NCBI GenBank assembly: GCA_973895155.1
Contig: OZ316893.1
Span: 10,979,660-11,043,659, forward strand
Direction: 5' to 3'
Origin: Marsupella aquatica
Taxonomy: Eukaryota > Plantae > Marchantiophyta
DNA length: 64,000 nucleotides
Positions 37,191 through 51,700 of the stretch are shown in pieces (positions within the stretch are counted from its first letter, which is position 1; each line of letters starts with the position of its first letter). The notes under the pieces are model-generated. The model was given only the letters and a program-made list of their open reading frames with translations, made no database searches and was not told where the DNA came from. The translations under genes and the position numbers were made by a program.

Positions 37191-40100
37191 TTATAGTGAT
37201 GATAAGGTGCAATAAACAGTGATGGAAAGTTTTTGCTGTAGTAAGAGGGTATACGTGAGGTCGATGCCAGGATCTCTGTCCTGGAACTTGAATTGAACGA
37301 CACAACCACCATCAATGTCCGCAGATTCCTGTTGAACCTTAGATCGCCTCCCAGCGCATAACGAGAAGGGCTTAGGTATCGTGTATTGCCTCTTCGGCAG
37401 GGAGTAGACCTGCAAAAGAAAAATATCTTCAGCTCGACCCTCTGAAGCCCAAGTTGTAATCTCTGCTGATTCGTGCAGTCTCATTCCTAGTATCAACGCA
37501 ACATTGTGATGTCTCTATCTAAAGTCGGTATTGAAAGTACTCATGCATTCGTCTCTCACCCGATAGCGAACGTTACATGCATCGTTACACCGTATAACAA
37601 AGATTGGCCTCTCAGTCAGACCAGGCTACGTCCACAGATCAAGAGGGAATCGATTGGACATACATGTTGGAAGAATATCTTGCGTTCCCATTCTTCTTGG
37701 TCCCTCTTCATCTGCTTCGCCAGATCTTGTAGTTCTAAATGCCTCCCCAGACCTTTCACCACTACTGGTTCTTTGTCTTTTGGAGGCAGCCTGTTAACCA
37801 CAGGCTTGAATGTACACTCTTTGAATTCCTGGAGCTCTCTGATGACCTTCATCTCTTCAAGTACCCGAGCTTTCTCCTGAAAAGGTTTCCGACCATAGAT
37901 CAAAGATATTTGTAGGGACTCCATGGCTTTGAAGAGCACCTCAGTCAATATGTTAGAGCCAAAATCCTATTTGCTGACATCCACTATCAGAAATTTTGGG
38001 AATTAAGTACTCTCTAATACTCTGTACAACATGAATGGCCATCGAAGATGTTTCAGAAAGTGCCATTTACGATGACCACTGGCCGGGCAAAGGAGAATTC
38101 GAATGGTTCAGAACGAGCTAAGGAACTGAATCTTCATATTTACTACTTGGATTGGGCTAAGATTGAGACACCTGGAACATTCTGATATCAATCTATCAAT
38201 CTCAAATCACATTTTATTTTCTGACATCGTTGACATGACAAAGGCAGGAGAAGAAAGTGAAGATTTGTACCAGACGGAACTGCCGACGACGGTGTAAGAT
38301 GTTTTCCATTCTCTCATCACACGCTCTGGGCGGGCTGCGAGCCACCAGCTGGGAAATCCACGAACAGAACCACAAAATTCAGGTTAGTATACTAGCAGCC
38401 TCACACCGTCTTAGTAGGAGATGACTTTTGAACTTACAGTAACTACACCCATCGACATCAGGTCTTGATCTAACTCAAAAGTGATGAAAATCTAGAAGGA
38501 CTTCCACTCAAGTTTTTCCCGATCCGTGTAATTTTACTCTGACAGATTGACGGTGCATGTTTGCTGTCCTATTGCTGAAGATTCTATATGGGAGGAAAGA
38601 AAGCTTGTGCTTTCAGCAGATACAAACCATGAGTTGTCCAAAGGTGAGAAGTGCTCTAATTCCGGCTATGGATCATTTCTATATTTGGACACAACATTGA
38701 ATCACCATGGCCACTGTCAGTTCAGGTGTCGTATATCCCGAGCCTGTAGTAGGATTCTTCTAATGCCCTTAGTTACTACCCTTTCTGATGTAATCCCTTG
38801 CAAGGGATGTTCGTCGATCATCAGCCTTTACTTCTGACAAGAGATCGGTGAGAAGTCTTATAGCTACTTCAAATCTTTCATTTTATCTCGGGTATTCTAT
38901 GACTGAGCAGACGAAACGATGGATTTTTCAAGAATCTCAAGTCTAAAAAGAGCTGCATGTTGGCAATTTGGTAGCGATTCGCAGGTGTAGTAAGTATTGT
39001 GGTCCACATTTGAATTGTTTTGGTTAATATTGTTGGTCTCATTCTTTCGTTCCTTCTTTAACTACTATGTCTTTGTTCTATTCTTCGTTCATATTCAATT
39101 GGAAAGTAGGTTACCTGACCTAAGTGCGAGAATTGGCTACCATGTGGACAGGGTGCTGATAAAGGATGTAGGGAAGCGTTATTAAATTAACAAATCACCT
39201 TGATTTCTTCATTGTTTCTTTCAGTGCTCCTTGGTCTGGCAATCTGGAGTTCAAAGGCAGTAATTCTGATTTGGAATCATTCTGGTTTAGAAGCAAATTT
39301 CCTTCATCCTATCTGTAATTTCATTTCGGACCTGGTATGCCTCCGATCCTGAATCTCTTATTGGATAATCCTTTTTTTTCTGGTTTATGTGCAGATGCGT
39401 CAGCTCTTCGTTGTAAATATTTGAAAATGTGCAGTGTTTGAAGTTTTGTAAGTGATTATGGCAAAGGGTGGCCATGGGAATGTGGAGTGGATGGCTTGTT
39501 TAAAGTCATGGTTAAAGTCATGGATATCAAATAATCCAGGACTATGGATTGCTTGTACAAATATTCGACACCAAAAAGAGCGGCTGGCTACAGCACTTGT
39601 TGCTGAAATGGCAGAATACACAATTAGTCAGTGAGAGTCTGACCGCAGATTGTGTTGTGCCCCACTTCATACACCGTCAAGTCATTCATTTATTTTATCT
39701 TTTATGCTGCAATTTCCTGCGTTCTCTGCAACGTGCTCATATGACCTTTAAATAACAAGATTGTGTATAAGTAGGAACTTCATTAGAATTCCAAAAACTT
39801 GTAATCTAGTGGACAAGAGACGTCACTGGATGCAGAGTTTTGACAAAACCACCTTCGGGTGAAATGGATGTTCCTTCGCAAAGCTCTGCTCCATCGAAGT
39901 TCTCATCTGCTCCTTCAAATTCTTCCCTTTCTCGTTCTGCATCCAGCATAAAGAAGAGATTAGAAACGCAAGCCCGTGTCTTGTGAGTTTTATTGGGCGT
40001 CGTCACTTTGGATGACATTAAGGAAACGTGATTTAAGGTCAGTCATTTGGCGTCATGCACATCTCCTGCAGGTTGCTTCAGGAAGGGGCCACATGTTCCC

Positions 40101-43100
40101 ATGTAGTTTCAGGCGATTCTTGAAGCTTAAATAAGCAGGTGAAGTTTTCTTCCAGTGAAATTTTCCTAATGCTTTTCTGCTCAGTTTCTGGAAAGTTCCT
40201 GTTGCTTCTACATACTAGATTCTACTAACAGTTTGCAAGGGCCTCGTGGCTCACCTTGTAAAGATCGCGCAGAGAAGCAGAGCGCCCAAGCAGTCGAGAT
40301 GTCTCATCAATTTCGGGTTGGTGGCTGAACTGAGCATAGTAAGCATCCTGCTTGGAGAGAGAATGACACGTATATGGAGACTCCTCCAATGAGACTGCGC
40401 ACAACAATGCGCAATGTTGCAACGACAATGCTTCATTACCTTACCAAACAGGCTTTGCCATCCTTTTGTTTTGTTCTTTTCGGAGTTATATTTAAGCCCT
40501 AAACATTTTCAAGATGCCCTGTTATTGGTCGGCAGTGGGCCATGTTCACGAAACAAGGACCAATGAAATAGATCTCAACTTTACCAAGGTGCAGATCTTA
40601 GGATCTATATGAACGAACTTTGAACCCATTCGTTCACTGCTCTTAAGCTCTTGTATAGAAAGTTAGTCCTAGTGTGATAAATTTTACTTTAGTGGCGAAA
40701 ATTGTTAGCATGGGACACTCGCATGCAGCGATATGTGCTGTCACATGGTGTCATTGATGAAAAGCCCCCGTACAAAGTTCAAGCGCGGAACGTTGCTAGA
40801 GGTCGAGTTACATCGAATCCACTTCACGGTTTTCGATGTTACAGAGATGAAGAAGATGCTCGAAGGCTGGCTAGCAGACAACTTACAGATATTTTTTGCC
40901 TAATATGTTGGCGCCGTTCGGTGTCTCTGTGGTACAGTCTTTCTACTCTCTTGTAGATTGACTGGTCAAACATCTCAGCAATCGGAGAATCCTTGAGAAT
41001 CGCATCACTATTTCCGGTCTTAGGTCTAAAAGTGAGCGTCTCCGTTTGGAACTTTTGCTGCTTTTCTCGCTGCAAATGTTTTCACATCCAATTCCAATCC
41101 CTGTTAATTTCTTATTAAATACCTGTTCTAATTTGATTCTACTCCCTACAACCCCCCGTACCTTGTTCCCTTCAGATCGGATTCGTTTGCCGAAATGGAT
41201 TCATCCGTGACGGAAAAACTGTAAGGGATGATACGTACTCTGCTGAGTTTTTGAGTGTGCATCTGCTAGAACACTAGTCACAACGGTAGATTTGAGAATG
41301 CTCTTGATGCAATGCAAGTACAGGTAAGGTAATTACGATGGATTTGAATTACCTATACAGTCACAGTCAGAGTTATGAAACAGAGGCACAGGGATCAAAA
41401 CTTGTGACGGAGTTCTGACTGTATCCCAGGGATAAATGTTTACCAAGGAATTCTGACTTTTCTAACTCAGACCCGGCATTTTCGTCCACACGATACCTCT
41501 AAACGCAGAGAAGCAACCTCGTTGGATGCTTAGTCAGCTTGATGGAATTCAAATTGCGACCGTTTTATCTTTACTTATTTTTCGTTTAATAACTTCCACT
41601 GTCCTCAACTAATTGCATTAGTATTGAACTTGGCGTGGATTCTAAGTTGAGAACAGACCTGTTTCATCTCCCTTACTTGCATGCAATACTTCTGCCGAGA
41701 AAGAAAGTCCGGTGTGCAGCCCTCAAACAGTTTGGAGGATCTCATGATGAGATCAGTATTGCGGTTGATCTCTGGACTGAATGTGCACTCGTTTTTGGGA
41801 GTCCCTTTCATCTGTAACCAAGAATTGTATCGAGCAGACTCAAGCCAATTCCATTGCGGAAATCACAACATTTTGAATCTGGCTTAAAGTTTTTATGTCA
41901 TAATTTAAATGCTAACCCACACATAGGCCCGATGAGCGCAGTACACAGCAGGCTAACTGCGAATTTGATGTCGCTTCTGTAAGAGGGATCTGGCCTGGCT
42001 GGGGTTTGTGGTGTAGGTATAGATTACAAGGAGTACCAACAGGCAAAAGGAAGTCAAAAGGCAAATTGTTCACCAGTCTGGATTGGAGTTGAGTAAGTTT
42101 AGCAGTTGTTGGGTTTCCCTAAGTAATGTAGTCTAGAGGTTAACATAGGTTCATAGCAAATCGTCTAAATGTGCGAGAAGTTTTACTAAGTCACAGCAGC
42201 CGAGCTCTCACCTCCTTCAACTTCCTGTCTTGGTGTAAGCTTCCCGCATTCGTCAGCCTATCTTCCAGGTTTACTACCTCTAACCCTGTCTGTGACAAAA
42301 GAATTGTGTGGGCACTGAATCAGAAGGATTAAGCGATCAAAGTTTGGAGGGGATCACATGGTGCCTTACCTAGGCTGAATTTGACTGTCAATCAGCCATA
42401 TGATGAATTGTAGAGTAGGACTGAGAACAATTGAAGGTATTGTAAGAAACCTGTTTGAAAATCTTAACAGACTTGGGATTGATTTCGGGCCTGAAGGTAA
42501 GTCCCATCTCCATGTCTTCTTTTGCACGTGCTCGGGCCAGCTTTGCTTCTTTCCGCCGCTGCAAGGACACAGGACAACATGAATTATCAAGTTCTCCTGC
42601 GGTTTCAGCCATACATTCGAACAAAACCATACGGCTCATAATTTCTCTATGCTAAACCCAGCCACTCACTGTCAAAGCTCAAGGTTTTAAGTTTGAGAGA
42701 CTACTGTTGTTGCGAACCTGATATTCCATAGCACGTTCCTCAATTGGCTTGTAGCGAGCTGGGTCGATCCACTCTGTGTTGGAGTTGATTTGGGGCCAGA
42801 AGGAGCACTGATCGAGTTCTTCCTTCTCGATGACTTTCCTTGCCTGCAACCAGGCCATGTATGCAACAATGACTGAACTCTCTAGTGCAGCAAAAGTGTG
42901 TAACTGAAGGATATGCCAGTTTTTGTAAAATGTGAAACGGGAAACCGTGGGGGCTAACGGTCATACCCCACCAAGGAAACCAAACGTTCAGCATGAAGTT
43001 TAAATAGAAAGGATTTCTATCCTAGTTTTATTTAACGCATTAGATACTGTTGGCCCCTGAGATACAGGTCACTTCTAGGATTCTTGTCGATCTGTAGCGA

Positions 43101-46100
43101 CTTACTCTCATAACTTTTTAGTGAAATTGATTGTCCCTGTCATGGGTTTTTCTGATCTTCGAGTGCGAAGAAACTGCATCGATTGCATATGAACACACAC
43201 GCAAACTTACCAAGCAAACACTAAAGTCCGACGTTTTTGGAATGGGATAAGAGTGAGCCTTACTCTTTTTCTCAAGTCAACTCGCTGTTCAATTCCACCC
43301 ACCCGTTGTATCAGTGGAGCAGAATACTGAGAATGTGGTTTCGGCCTTCTTCCTACCTTGGGCTGCAAGATTTGTGCATGTGAGTAACTTTAAGAGATCT
43401 AAGGATGAATTCAGGGATCCGTGACCAAGCACTAACTTTTCGGAACATTGCGTAAAAATATTGTCAATGTTTTTATTAATATAAAGTCTTACCGGTAGAT
43501 GAGAAGATTCCGAATCCATGGTTCTTTATACTTGAATTAGTTAGAGCAAGGATTAGGGAAGTTCTCTTGAATGTAGCAGTGTATGCGTGATAGTGGAATT
43601 TAGAAAGCTACCCGAAAAGAACATTCGGACATGTGCTCTTCTTCCATCTGAGCTCTGGTATGAGCAAACTTTTGGTAAAGATCGGTTCTAGGTTTAGACA
43701 AATGCCTCAACCTCGTCTGCAAAATGGAGGACACCGATGATGTGAGATTTTGAAAGTTCACTCCTCTCTGTATCAAGAGTGCAGACGAGTTTTAGTCTCG
43801 CATTCTGCAGGGCACTGCCAGCAGTAAGGATCCTGTACCAGTAAACATTTGCCAAAACAACAGGCGGAATGAACGCTCCGAAAAGAATCAGGCATAAAAC
43901 TGGCGAAGGCTGCCTTCCGCAAACATCGGATCCTGACGAAGCAAAAATGTCGGAGCAAAATTGTAACACGACTTAGTTTTAGAAGTACTTTGTACCCCTG
44001 TGTTTAATTAACCTCCACAAAACCTGACTACGAAAACAATAACTATTGTCTATGATACGATGAGGCCTCGCTGGTCTTTCTTACCGTCCTCGAAAGATGA
44101 GCTATGATTGTAAATTCACAGTAACTATTAGAAAGCTTTGTGCGAATATTTGACGACCGCTCAGGCGACATTCTCATGATCGGGATACTTGAGGGTTGAC
44201 CACATTTTCCCTTCCGTGCCCAAGGCACCTGGCACACAAACATCTAGTACAAAGACAACAAATTCTCAAATCAGACAAGAGCGGAACTCCACCCTGCAGG
44301 AGGTCATCCAATACACATACCGGAATGGGACCAATCTGCTTGCCTCCGTGATCTTGCGTCCTGAGTCCGTGCACCTGCTGTCCCTGACAAGGATCCCCGT
44401 TCTTCACAATGAGACAATTAGGCTTGGAAACATGGAATCGAACTTGAGCCGTAGTAAATTCCATATCTTGAAGGAAAGGACGGAACATATCAGATTGTAT
44501 GTAATCACATATGCCGCGTGAAGCACGAGGACCGTATCCAGAAACGAGCAGCATCCTTCTCAGACCCCGACATCTTTTTTCTAAGATGGTGACTACCGTC
44601 GACTCCGACTGTCTTCCTTGTCTCTTCAAACTTTTGAAATTGTATCATCGGTCCGGCCAGGTTTAGGCGTGTAATCAGTGTGCTACGTACGACACAATTA
44701 AACAACGGACTTGGGATCAACTAAAGATTTACTGTCGCACAGTAGTGTTAATGTGCCGATTAACTGCCTATGTCGTTGTTCGGTTTGTTGTCTCTCGTGA
44801 CAAATCTAAGCATGCCACTGTTGGAAGTGTTTGCAAGGTGCACATCCTAGCACTAAATGCTTAATGTGGATAAAATCTAAGCTTCTACATTTCTATAACA
44901 AAACCGTAGTCTCGATATTCCCTTGCGGATGACAGAGACGTGGGGACTAGCGCGCTTTCACAGATGATTTTCGTTGAGAGATCAATCTCTTCTGGCAGTA
45001 TCGCTCTAGACCGAATTAATGAAAGATAAATTGACAATCAAGAGTTCATGATATTCAAGTACTAATTTAACTATAGCGAAAGGTAATGATTCATAATTTC
45101 TCGAGGTATCAACTCAGCCTCTCTCAATTCACAGACTTACAGTGGAAACGAGATTGTTATCCTTCTTTATTGTTTGTATGGGCCAAATCGTGCTTTCAAC
45201 ACGGCATAGACAGATCCAACTGATATATAGTAAGAGTACTGGCTCGTTGTGCAGGAAACTACTCGACCAAATAATCCCCAGTGTCTATGGGTTTTAATGC
45301 ATTCAAGATACGCATACGTAACAGACCAGCAATGCCAGTAATGTACATGGTGTTCGTTACGTCGATCCAAAGTTAAGTGGTTCCAATTATGAATCCTTTC
45401 GATTACGTCCCTAGCCTTGAGCATCACGAGTCAGCAAAATAGTCTTGCGCGTCCGACTCTGCGGCTTGCCGGAAATTTATGCCATCACGACTTAGCTTGG
45501 CGGAACATCGAAGTATACACGTCGGCTTGAACTGTGGCTTTGTCGCGACGAACACTGGTCAAGAGCGCAAGTGTGAAATAGCTAGCTTCTTTGACCAAAG
45601 ATTGTGTACTCATACCATGCGGTTAGGAGATTTTCCTGCTTTCTTGCTGTTCATGGCATCCAGTTGACTGCGGAACTTCTTCTGGACCTGTTCACGTAGA
45701 GAGAAACCACTGACTCAAGAACGTACACTTCAAAGGCATTTAGTAGAATCGCGAGCTTGAGATAAAGTGTCATCCAACTGAATGCGTTGAGCGTTACGTT
45801 ATGATTCCATGATGCAGTCGGATATAGCAACAATTCGTCTAGAATACTATGAAGTTCGTAGTGAAATTGAATGAACTATTGCCAGTGTATGCGCTAATCA
45901 AGGCAGTTTTAAATCTATATTGGGATACTGGTAAAAATGATCCTCACTTCTTTGCTCTCAACATGTTGTGGTGAGTAAACTATGTGTACTTCCTAAATGC
46001 CGATGTCAATTTGTGTTTGAAAGTAGAGCAAACTAGCCAACTGTTGTTGTACAGTACGCACGATTGCGTCAAGCACGTATAGTTTATAATATCACACAAT

Positions 46101-48718
46101 TTGCTTTAATACCTCGAATTAATAGACATGTTGCATGCAGCCAAATAGCTAGAAATGTAAGTTGACCTTGAATCTCTTCAGATCAGATTTGATAAGCTTC
46201 GTAGGTCCGATCCTCATTCGTCCTCCCTCTAGCACAATCTCAGTTGCGGCAGTGGTCGGATGCTGGACCACATCATCTGGGCAAGCGAGACAGCAACTGG
46301 ATTGTCAGTGAAAGTACGCCTTCCGTTCCCTCGAGCCATTTCGGTCCGATCGATGGTCACGCAGAATCGTTGTCCAGAGCAAGTAGACTACGCTTGTGAA
46401 CATGCTCACCACAATACAAGGTGCTCTCTTTACCCTTATTCCCGTCGAAGGAGCTTCTTTGGATGTCAACCATCCGCTGCAAGTATCACCAATGAAACAA
46501 TATACCATACCAATGCCTTCGAAACGAGATTTGCCCCGTACCCACGCGTAGGAAAAGATACGAAGTTTTGCCATTATGTGCTGACCAATATATGGAGGCA
46601 TACTTCCCTATTCAAATCCAGGATGCTCGGAGTACATTTTTACCAGGCGTTTCATTCTACACGGTTTCAAACGGGGTTTCAAAGGGTGTGCCATCTCTTC
46701 ACTATAATGAGCATCTCGATCGTGTAGTTCTACCAGCGCTTCGGATTTGGTGTTAAATATCAAAGTAAGGAATCAAATCAGGTCCCTTCTCGTGGATAGA
46801 CCGGGGACTTGATTTGGTGCTAGGTATATTATAAATGTTGTACCTTGAAGAATTCCTGCAAATAGGTGATAAGTGTTGACTAAAAGAATCTAACGGACTT
46901 AATTCCAATTCAATCTGGACGAAACTAAAAGCATTTTGGAGATGTTTTGAAGGTTTAAAGGTCCAGTCATCAAGTGCATCCGATATTTACCTTGACGTTC
47001 GGCGTCAACGCCTTTACATTCTTCAAACCATTCCCAATTTTCTGCATATTTGGGCTGGTTTGGAATGGTAAACGAGAAACTCATTGAGTTTTCATGGACG
47101 CGTTGGGACTTATTCTTGCCCGTGGACGACGCCACCCGATTGCTCCCGCTTGCTTTGGGACTTCCTGGAGGGGGGCTCTTTGGAGGGCTACGTCCAGGAC
47201 TTCTATCCGGAGAGGACCTAGAACTTTTGAAGGAACGAGCAAATGTTGCCGGTGTTGTGTGCAGTTGGCCCTGTCCAGCAATCCTCATGTGACACGTTTG
47301 AGCATCAACTGATCCACGGCCCAACGAGGCGTCGCCATTGAAACCTCCCTCTAGTTCTGCCACTTCGGCTGCCTGCTGCTGCTGCTCCTGCTCCATTTGC
47401 TCCTCAACCTGGTCCAATTCAGGATACGTTGAGTAGTCATTAAAGGCCTCCAGCTCTGACAAATGTAGTGGCTCACCGAAAGCCCTTCGCTCCGATTCAT
47501 GATCAGGTTTTGAGATCAGCTCAGAATGACTGGTCTTCGTCGAAGGAGTTGAAGCTTGCCCCAGGCGTTCATACGCCCAGTCATCGGACCCGCTGTATCC
47601 CGGCTCATCGTTCTCATGTAAGACAGTCCTCGTTCTGATACTGATCGACTGCTCAACATTTTCCTCCTCGTGGGATGAGTTTCTCGAGCCATCGAAAGAG
47701 AAATTGTACTCCTCCACAGGAAGCTGCTGCTTTCGGGAATGCTCCCCGGGGTAACTGTTGTCAGCAGCAGCGTACACATTAATTTCTCGGTCGTTTGCTC
47801 TTGGCGACCCCGGCGCGGCTCGAGGCGTCCCCCCTCGTGGCGAGACGTGGGGGATTGCTCCGTCCTGCCTGTTCATCAGCAGGCCCATGTTCTTCTTCCA
47901 CTCGGGATCTACTTCTGCGGATTTGCGGTCCGATTCCATGCTGCTGCAGACAGTTTCCACGTCGCTCCGGCCATCGCTCCTTCTGCTGGCCGAAACTGTT
48001 GATCTTGAACTCTTTCTTCCACTACTTTTACCTGAGCGCATTTTGTTTTTTTGTGGCAATCCGCCACACCAATCACGAAATCAATAACGAAGTAAAAAAG
48101 AAAATCAATCTACATGTGCATTTTGCTAAAATTGTCTGCGTTTCTGCCGCATGTTATGGTTTGCCATAATCGTCTGATTTGGCCGATGTAAAAGTTGAAG
48201 GACGAGCTAGAATTTCAAAAATCATGTTTGATTCACAAGTACTGTGGCGTCTCCAAAGAGAAAGCGGCCTATTAGTGTGATACAGAAAATCTAAGTTTGA
48301 AATGCAAGTGCCTTTGTACGCGATGACCAGAAGAGAACGGATATTGACAATGACATGCGTGTACAGTTTCTTTTGTAGCATACAATCGGCAATGACATCC
48401 GGATGCTTCGAATGGTTACATGCATTCAAACTACTTAGGAATTCATTCCAATAGACGTTCATTCAAATATCAAGAATGTCTCTGCGCAGACAGGGTGTTT
48501 GTGTGCGCCTGTGTGCAGGGCAAATTAGGGTTCACAATTCTGGTTTACAGTTTGTAGCAAGGGAAGGAATCGAAAGACCAACCGTCAGGGGGCTGGTATG
48601 ACATCGGCGCCATGGACAGGAGTTCTTCACAGCGACGAATGCTGTCCTCAATCTCCTGTTTGAAGTCATGTTGCTGGTGCGAGCAGGGCTCCTCCGAGGC
48701 CATGGACGAATGTTCCAT
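37191..48718 (-). CDS. Long multi-exon gene for a low-complexity/coiled-coil protein with repeated (EC)TFxPxIN motifs; exon structure and start only partly resolved
   Basis: Exons seen at about 48060-47000 (Ser/Glu-rich), 42845-42720 (QCSFWPQINS), 42560-42450 (LTFRPEINPKS), 41810-41660 (ECTFSPEIN), 41070-40900 (LTFRPKTGN), 40380-40255 (FSHQPEID), 37878-37670 (ECTFKPVVN) and 37410-37191 (YTIPKPFSL), with GT-AG-like flanks. Confidence 0.7.
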
Positions 48719-51700
48719 TGGAAAATTAGAAACTTGATCGACCGGGACGTCCAGCTGATCAAACGAGCGGGCCAGTGACAAGCTTCACTCTAGAGGACCC
48801 TTCAAGCCTTCCTATCTCACGTCATATTGGTCATTCCCCTCTCCTCACGTCAATAATCCAGCCCTCAATATGTCCTGTCCCTTCATTACCACATCCATCG
48901 CCACCAGCAGTCCCGGCTAGATCCCGCCAGGCCAGGCCAGGCCTAGCTGGCTAACGACTTCAGGGCACCTCCGAACGACGATTCTGTCCGATCGCTTTCA
49001 TTTCTGGTTCTGATCAGATGGTCGGGACAGGTTCAATTCTCCGAGCATAATTTTTTTCTGTGTGACCACTTCACTACCGATGAAAGACTGAAGCTACAAA
49101 CAATAACCTTCATATTGACCTCCTCTTGGTCCTTTCCCGGTCCATGTGTCTTAGACGGGACAACTTTTGCGAGAAAATGTGAAGAACTAAGTCTGTAGCT
49201 CTAGTGACGTCAATTGACTACCCTTATTGGAGTCCATTGCTTTGTCCGAGTCTACTCGATGCCCTGCCCTGCGTGGCAAATCCAGATCACCTGCCTGCAT
49301 ATACGTACCAGGAGCCTGCTGCCTGCGATGTCAAAATTCTTCGCCCCCTCTCTGCACGTCCTCCTCCTCCTCCTCCTGCTCCTTTCCACGCTGGAGGCAA
49401 GGTAGTTCTGAGCTGGGACAGTTTCTCCCATATCGATCAATCTCAAGGGCACTCGTTACCGTGACTTGTTTCTGGACTCTTGCGGCAAATTAATCTAATC
49501 CTTTGAGGTCGATCTCTCCTTGAATTGCAGAAGAATGCCGGCCCTGGCAGCATTCGAAAGCCCTGACGAGCCGGCGGAGTAGCTGCATTCAATACCGAAA
49601 TTCTTTGCCCCTTTCCTGAAATTTCGACACCAAAACAACACGGACGGGCTCCTCCCTCGTCCCTGTTTTGCTTCCGGGGCCGCGTTGGAGTTGGGCGGGG
49701 GCGCCGCTAATTCGAAGGCCCGCCCTGGCTGGCTGGTGCCCAGCCACTTCGTACACAACTGTGAATGAAATCGGAGAGTAAAAACGGTTACGAAGAGGAC
49801 TAAATACCCTCACAAACATAACAGAAGGATAGGTAGAGGGACCGCAAACAAAGGTTGCGGTCGTCTGGTGAGAGTTCTTACACTGCAATCGACATTCTCA
49901 TCCTTGTCCTCTTGTGCGTTTGCTCGTTTTGGGCTCTGTTCTGTGATTGAAGTATGAGTTAGAATGTGCAGACGAAAGAAAACCACCTGACAGCTGCGGG
50001 AACGGAGTCTCGATGCAAGAAAATTTGGCGACCCAGATTTCGGGACCGGCGTTATATATGTGCTCTACCTTCGGACCTTGCATTCCGACCCTGGTCTCAA
50101 TACGGATTGTTTCCGTCATCGCTATTTCCACTGATGTGATTCCATCCTGTGCATCTTGGAAGCATTGATTCCAGCCTTGGCGTGACAGTCTGTTGTAGTT
50201 GTTCCCCTGGTGAGGTTTGAAGGGAATGATCGTCACGTAATTACGATCCCGGGGGTTTCGCATGGCTTTCAGAGCGAGCTGACGATGACGAGAGATGTCC
50301 TATTATGAGCAAGAACTGCTGCCCGCAGTTGGTGTTAGAGCCAGTTTCGGGCGGGACGTGACATTTGCTTCCGGTTTGATCCTGAGAGGTCACTGATCCT
50401 GTCTCTCCCCGATCTCTTCGATTTTGGTCAATTACGCAGAGAGAGAAGCGGCGAAAAGTGGCCTTCGTACGACTTCTGAGGACGAAAGCGAGAATTCAAG
50501 AATCAGATGCATCAAAGGCTCCGGAGAAGCAGAGAAACATCTGAGACTAGCTGCCAGCGAGGGAGACCGAGAGGGAATCTCGACAGGCATAAAGATGGAG
50601 ATATGTCGTCGCATATCTGTTTCAGATTGCCGGGGAGCAAAGTTGTGATTGAAGGCGTGGGGTTTACTTTCCGACGGGACCCGTTGGGCCAGAGGAGCCG
50701 AAGTTAAACCAAATGAAAAAACGGAACTAAGCACATTGTTCTAATTCGTTCGTTTTTTCTTTCTCACTGTGCGTCTCGTAACCTACGGTTAGGCAAGCAG
50801 TCACCGTCCAGATCAAGTTTCTGACCGTCCGGTTATATACTAGTAACATGTCTACGGAAAACTGTAACGAGAGTACAGAACCTCAAGATCTTCATATGGC
50901 TGGGGATATTTTTCTGTTCAGAAAAATAAAAATAAAAAATTCTCATTCTGCCCTGTCGAAAATCCAACCCAAATTCAAAATCCAACCTTCAATTCCACAT
51001 ATATCACATACATATGACAATTCAAATCCATTTCTTATGGCAGAAATGGATCTTTTCGAAGGCCAGGGTCATGACACATACAGGAAGCTACAAATGATAT
51101 AGGAGATCAAATGAGTAAACGACATGCCAAACTCGACCAAGACTTCAATTGATCAAATGGTAGATGCACTATGTCACAGTGTGTACAAGACTTTAAACTC
51201 GAATTTTTTTACAAGATAATGATAACATCTAGTTTCTCGGAAACCTAGTTGGTGTAACTGCCACATCTGTTTGTTGGTACCAGATAAAACAATCAATAGG
51301 TCTCCACCATACAGAATCCTCGGTCAAGGTCTACTCGCGTGGAGGCAGAGAAACAACGCAAAAGACTCAGGAAAGGGAATAAGCCTTCAATCACTTCTTT
51401 GGCACGCGCCTGAATTGCTCTTCTGATTGGGTGTAGACCTAATGCACAGTGTCCATGACCAGGCTCACGCCAATTTAATATAACTGGAAACGCTCGAGAG
51501 TCTGGATGAGTTCCAAGGATGGTGAAGAAGCTTCAAGTAGCAGCGATGATCGAGGCGATGATAGCGTGTCACAAGAGTGGGACGCCTTTTACAAGGCTTT
51601 AGCGGAGAGAGAAGCGTGGGAGCTCGTTTCGTTCTCTCTGATCAGTGCACATCCTGATTATGGAGGGGAAGAAAGGTATTATCGGTGCCTTATAGCAGAA

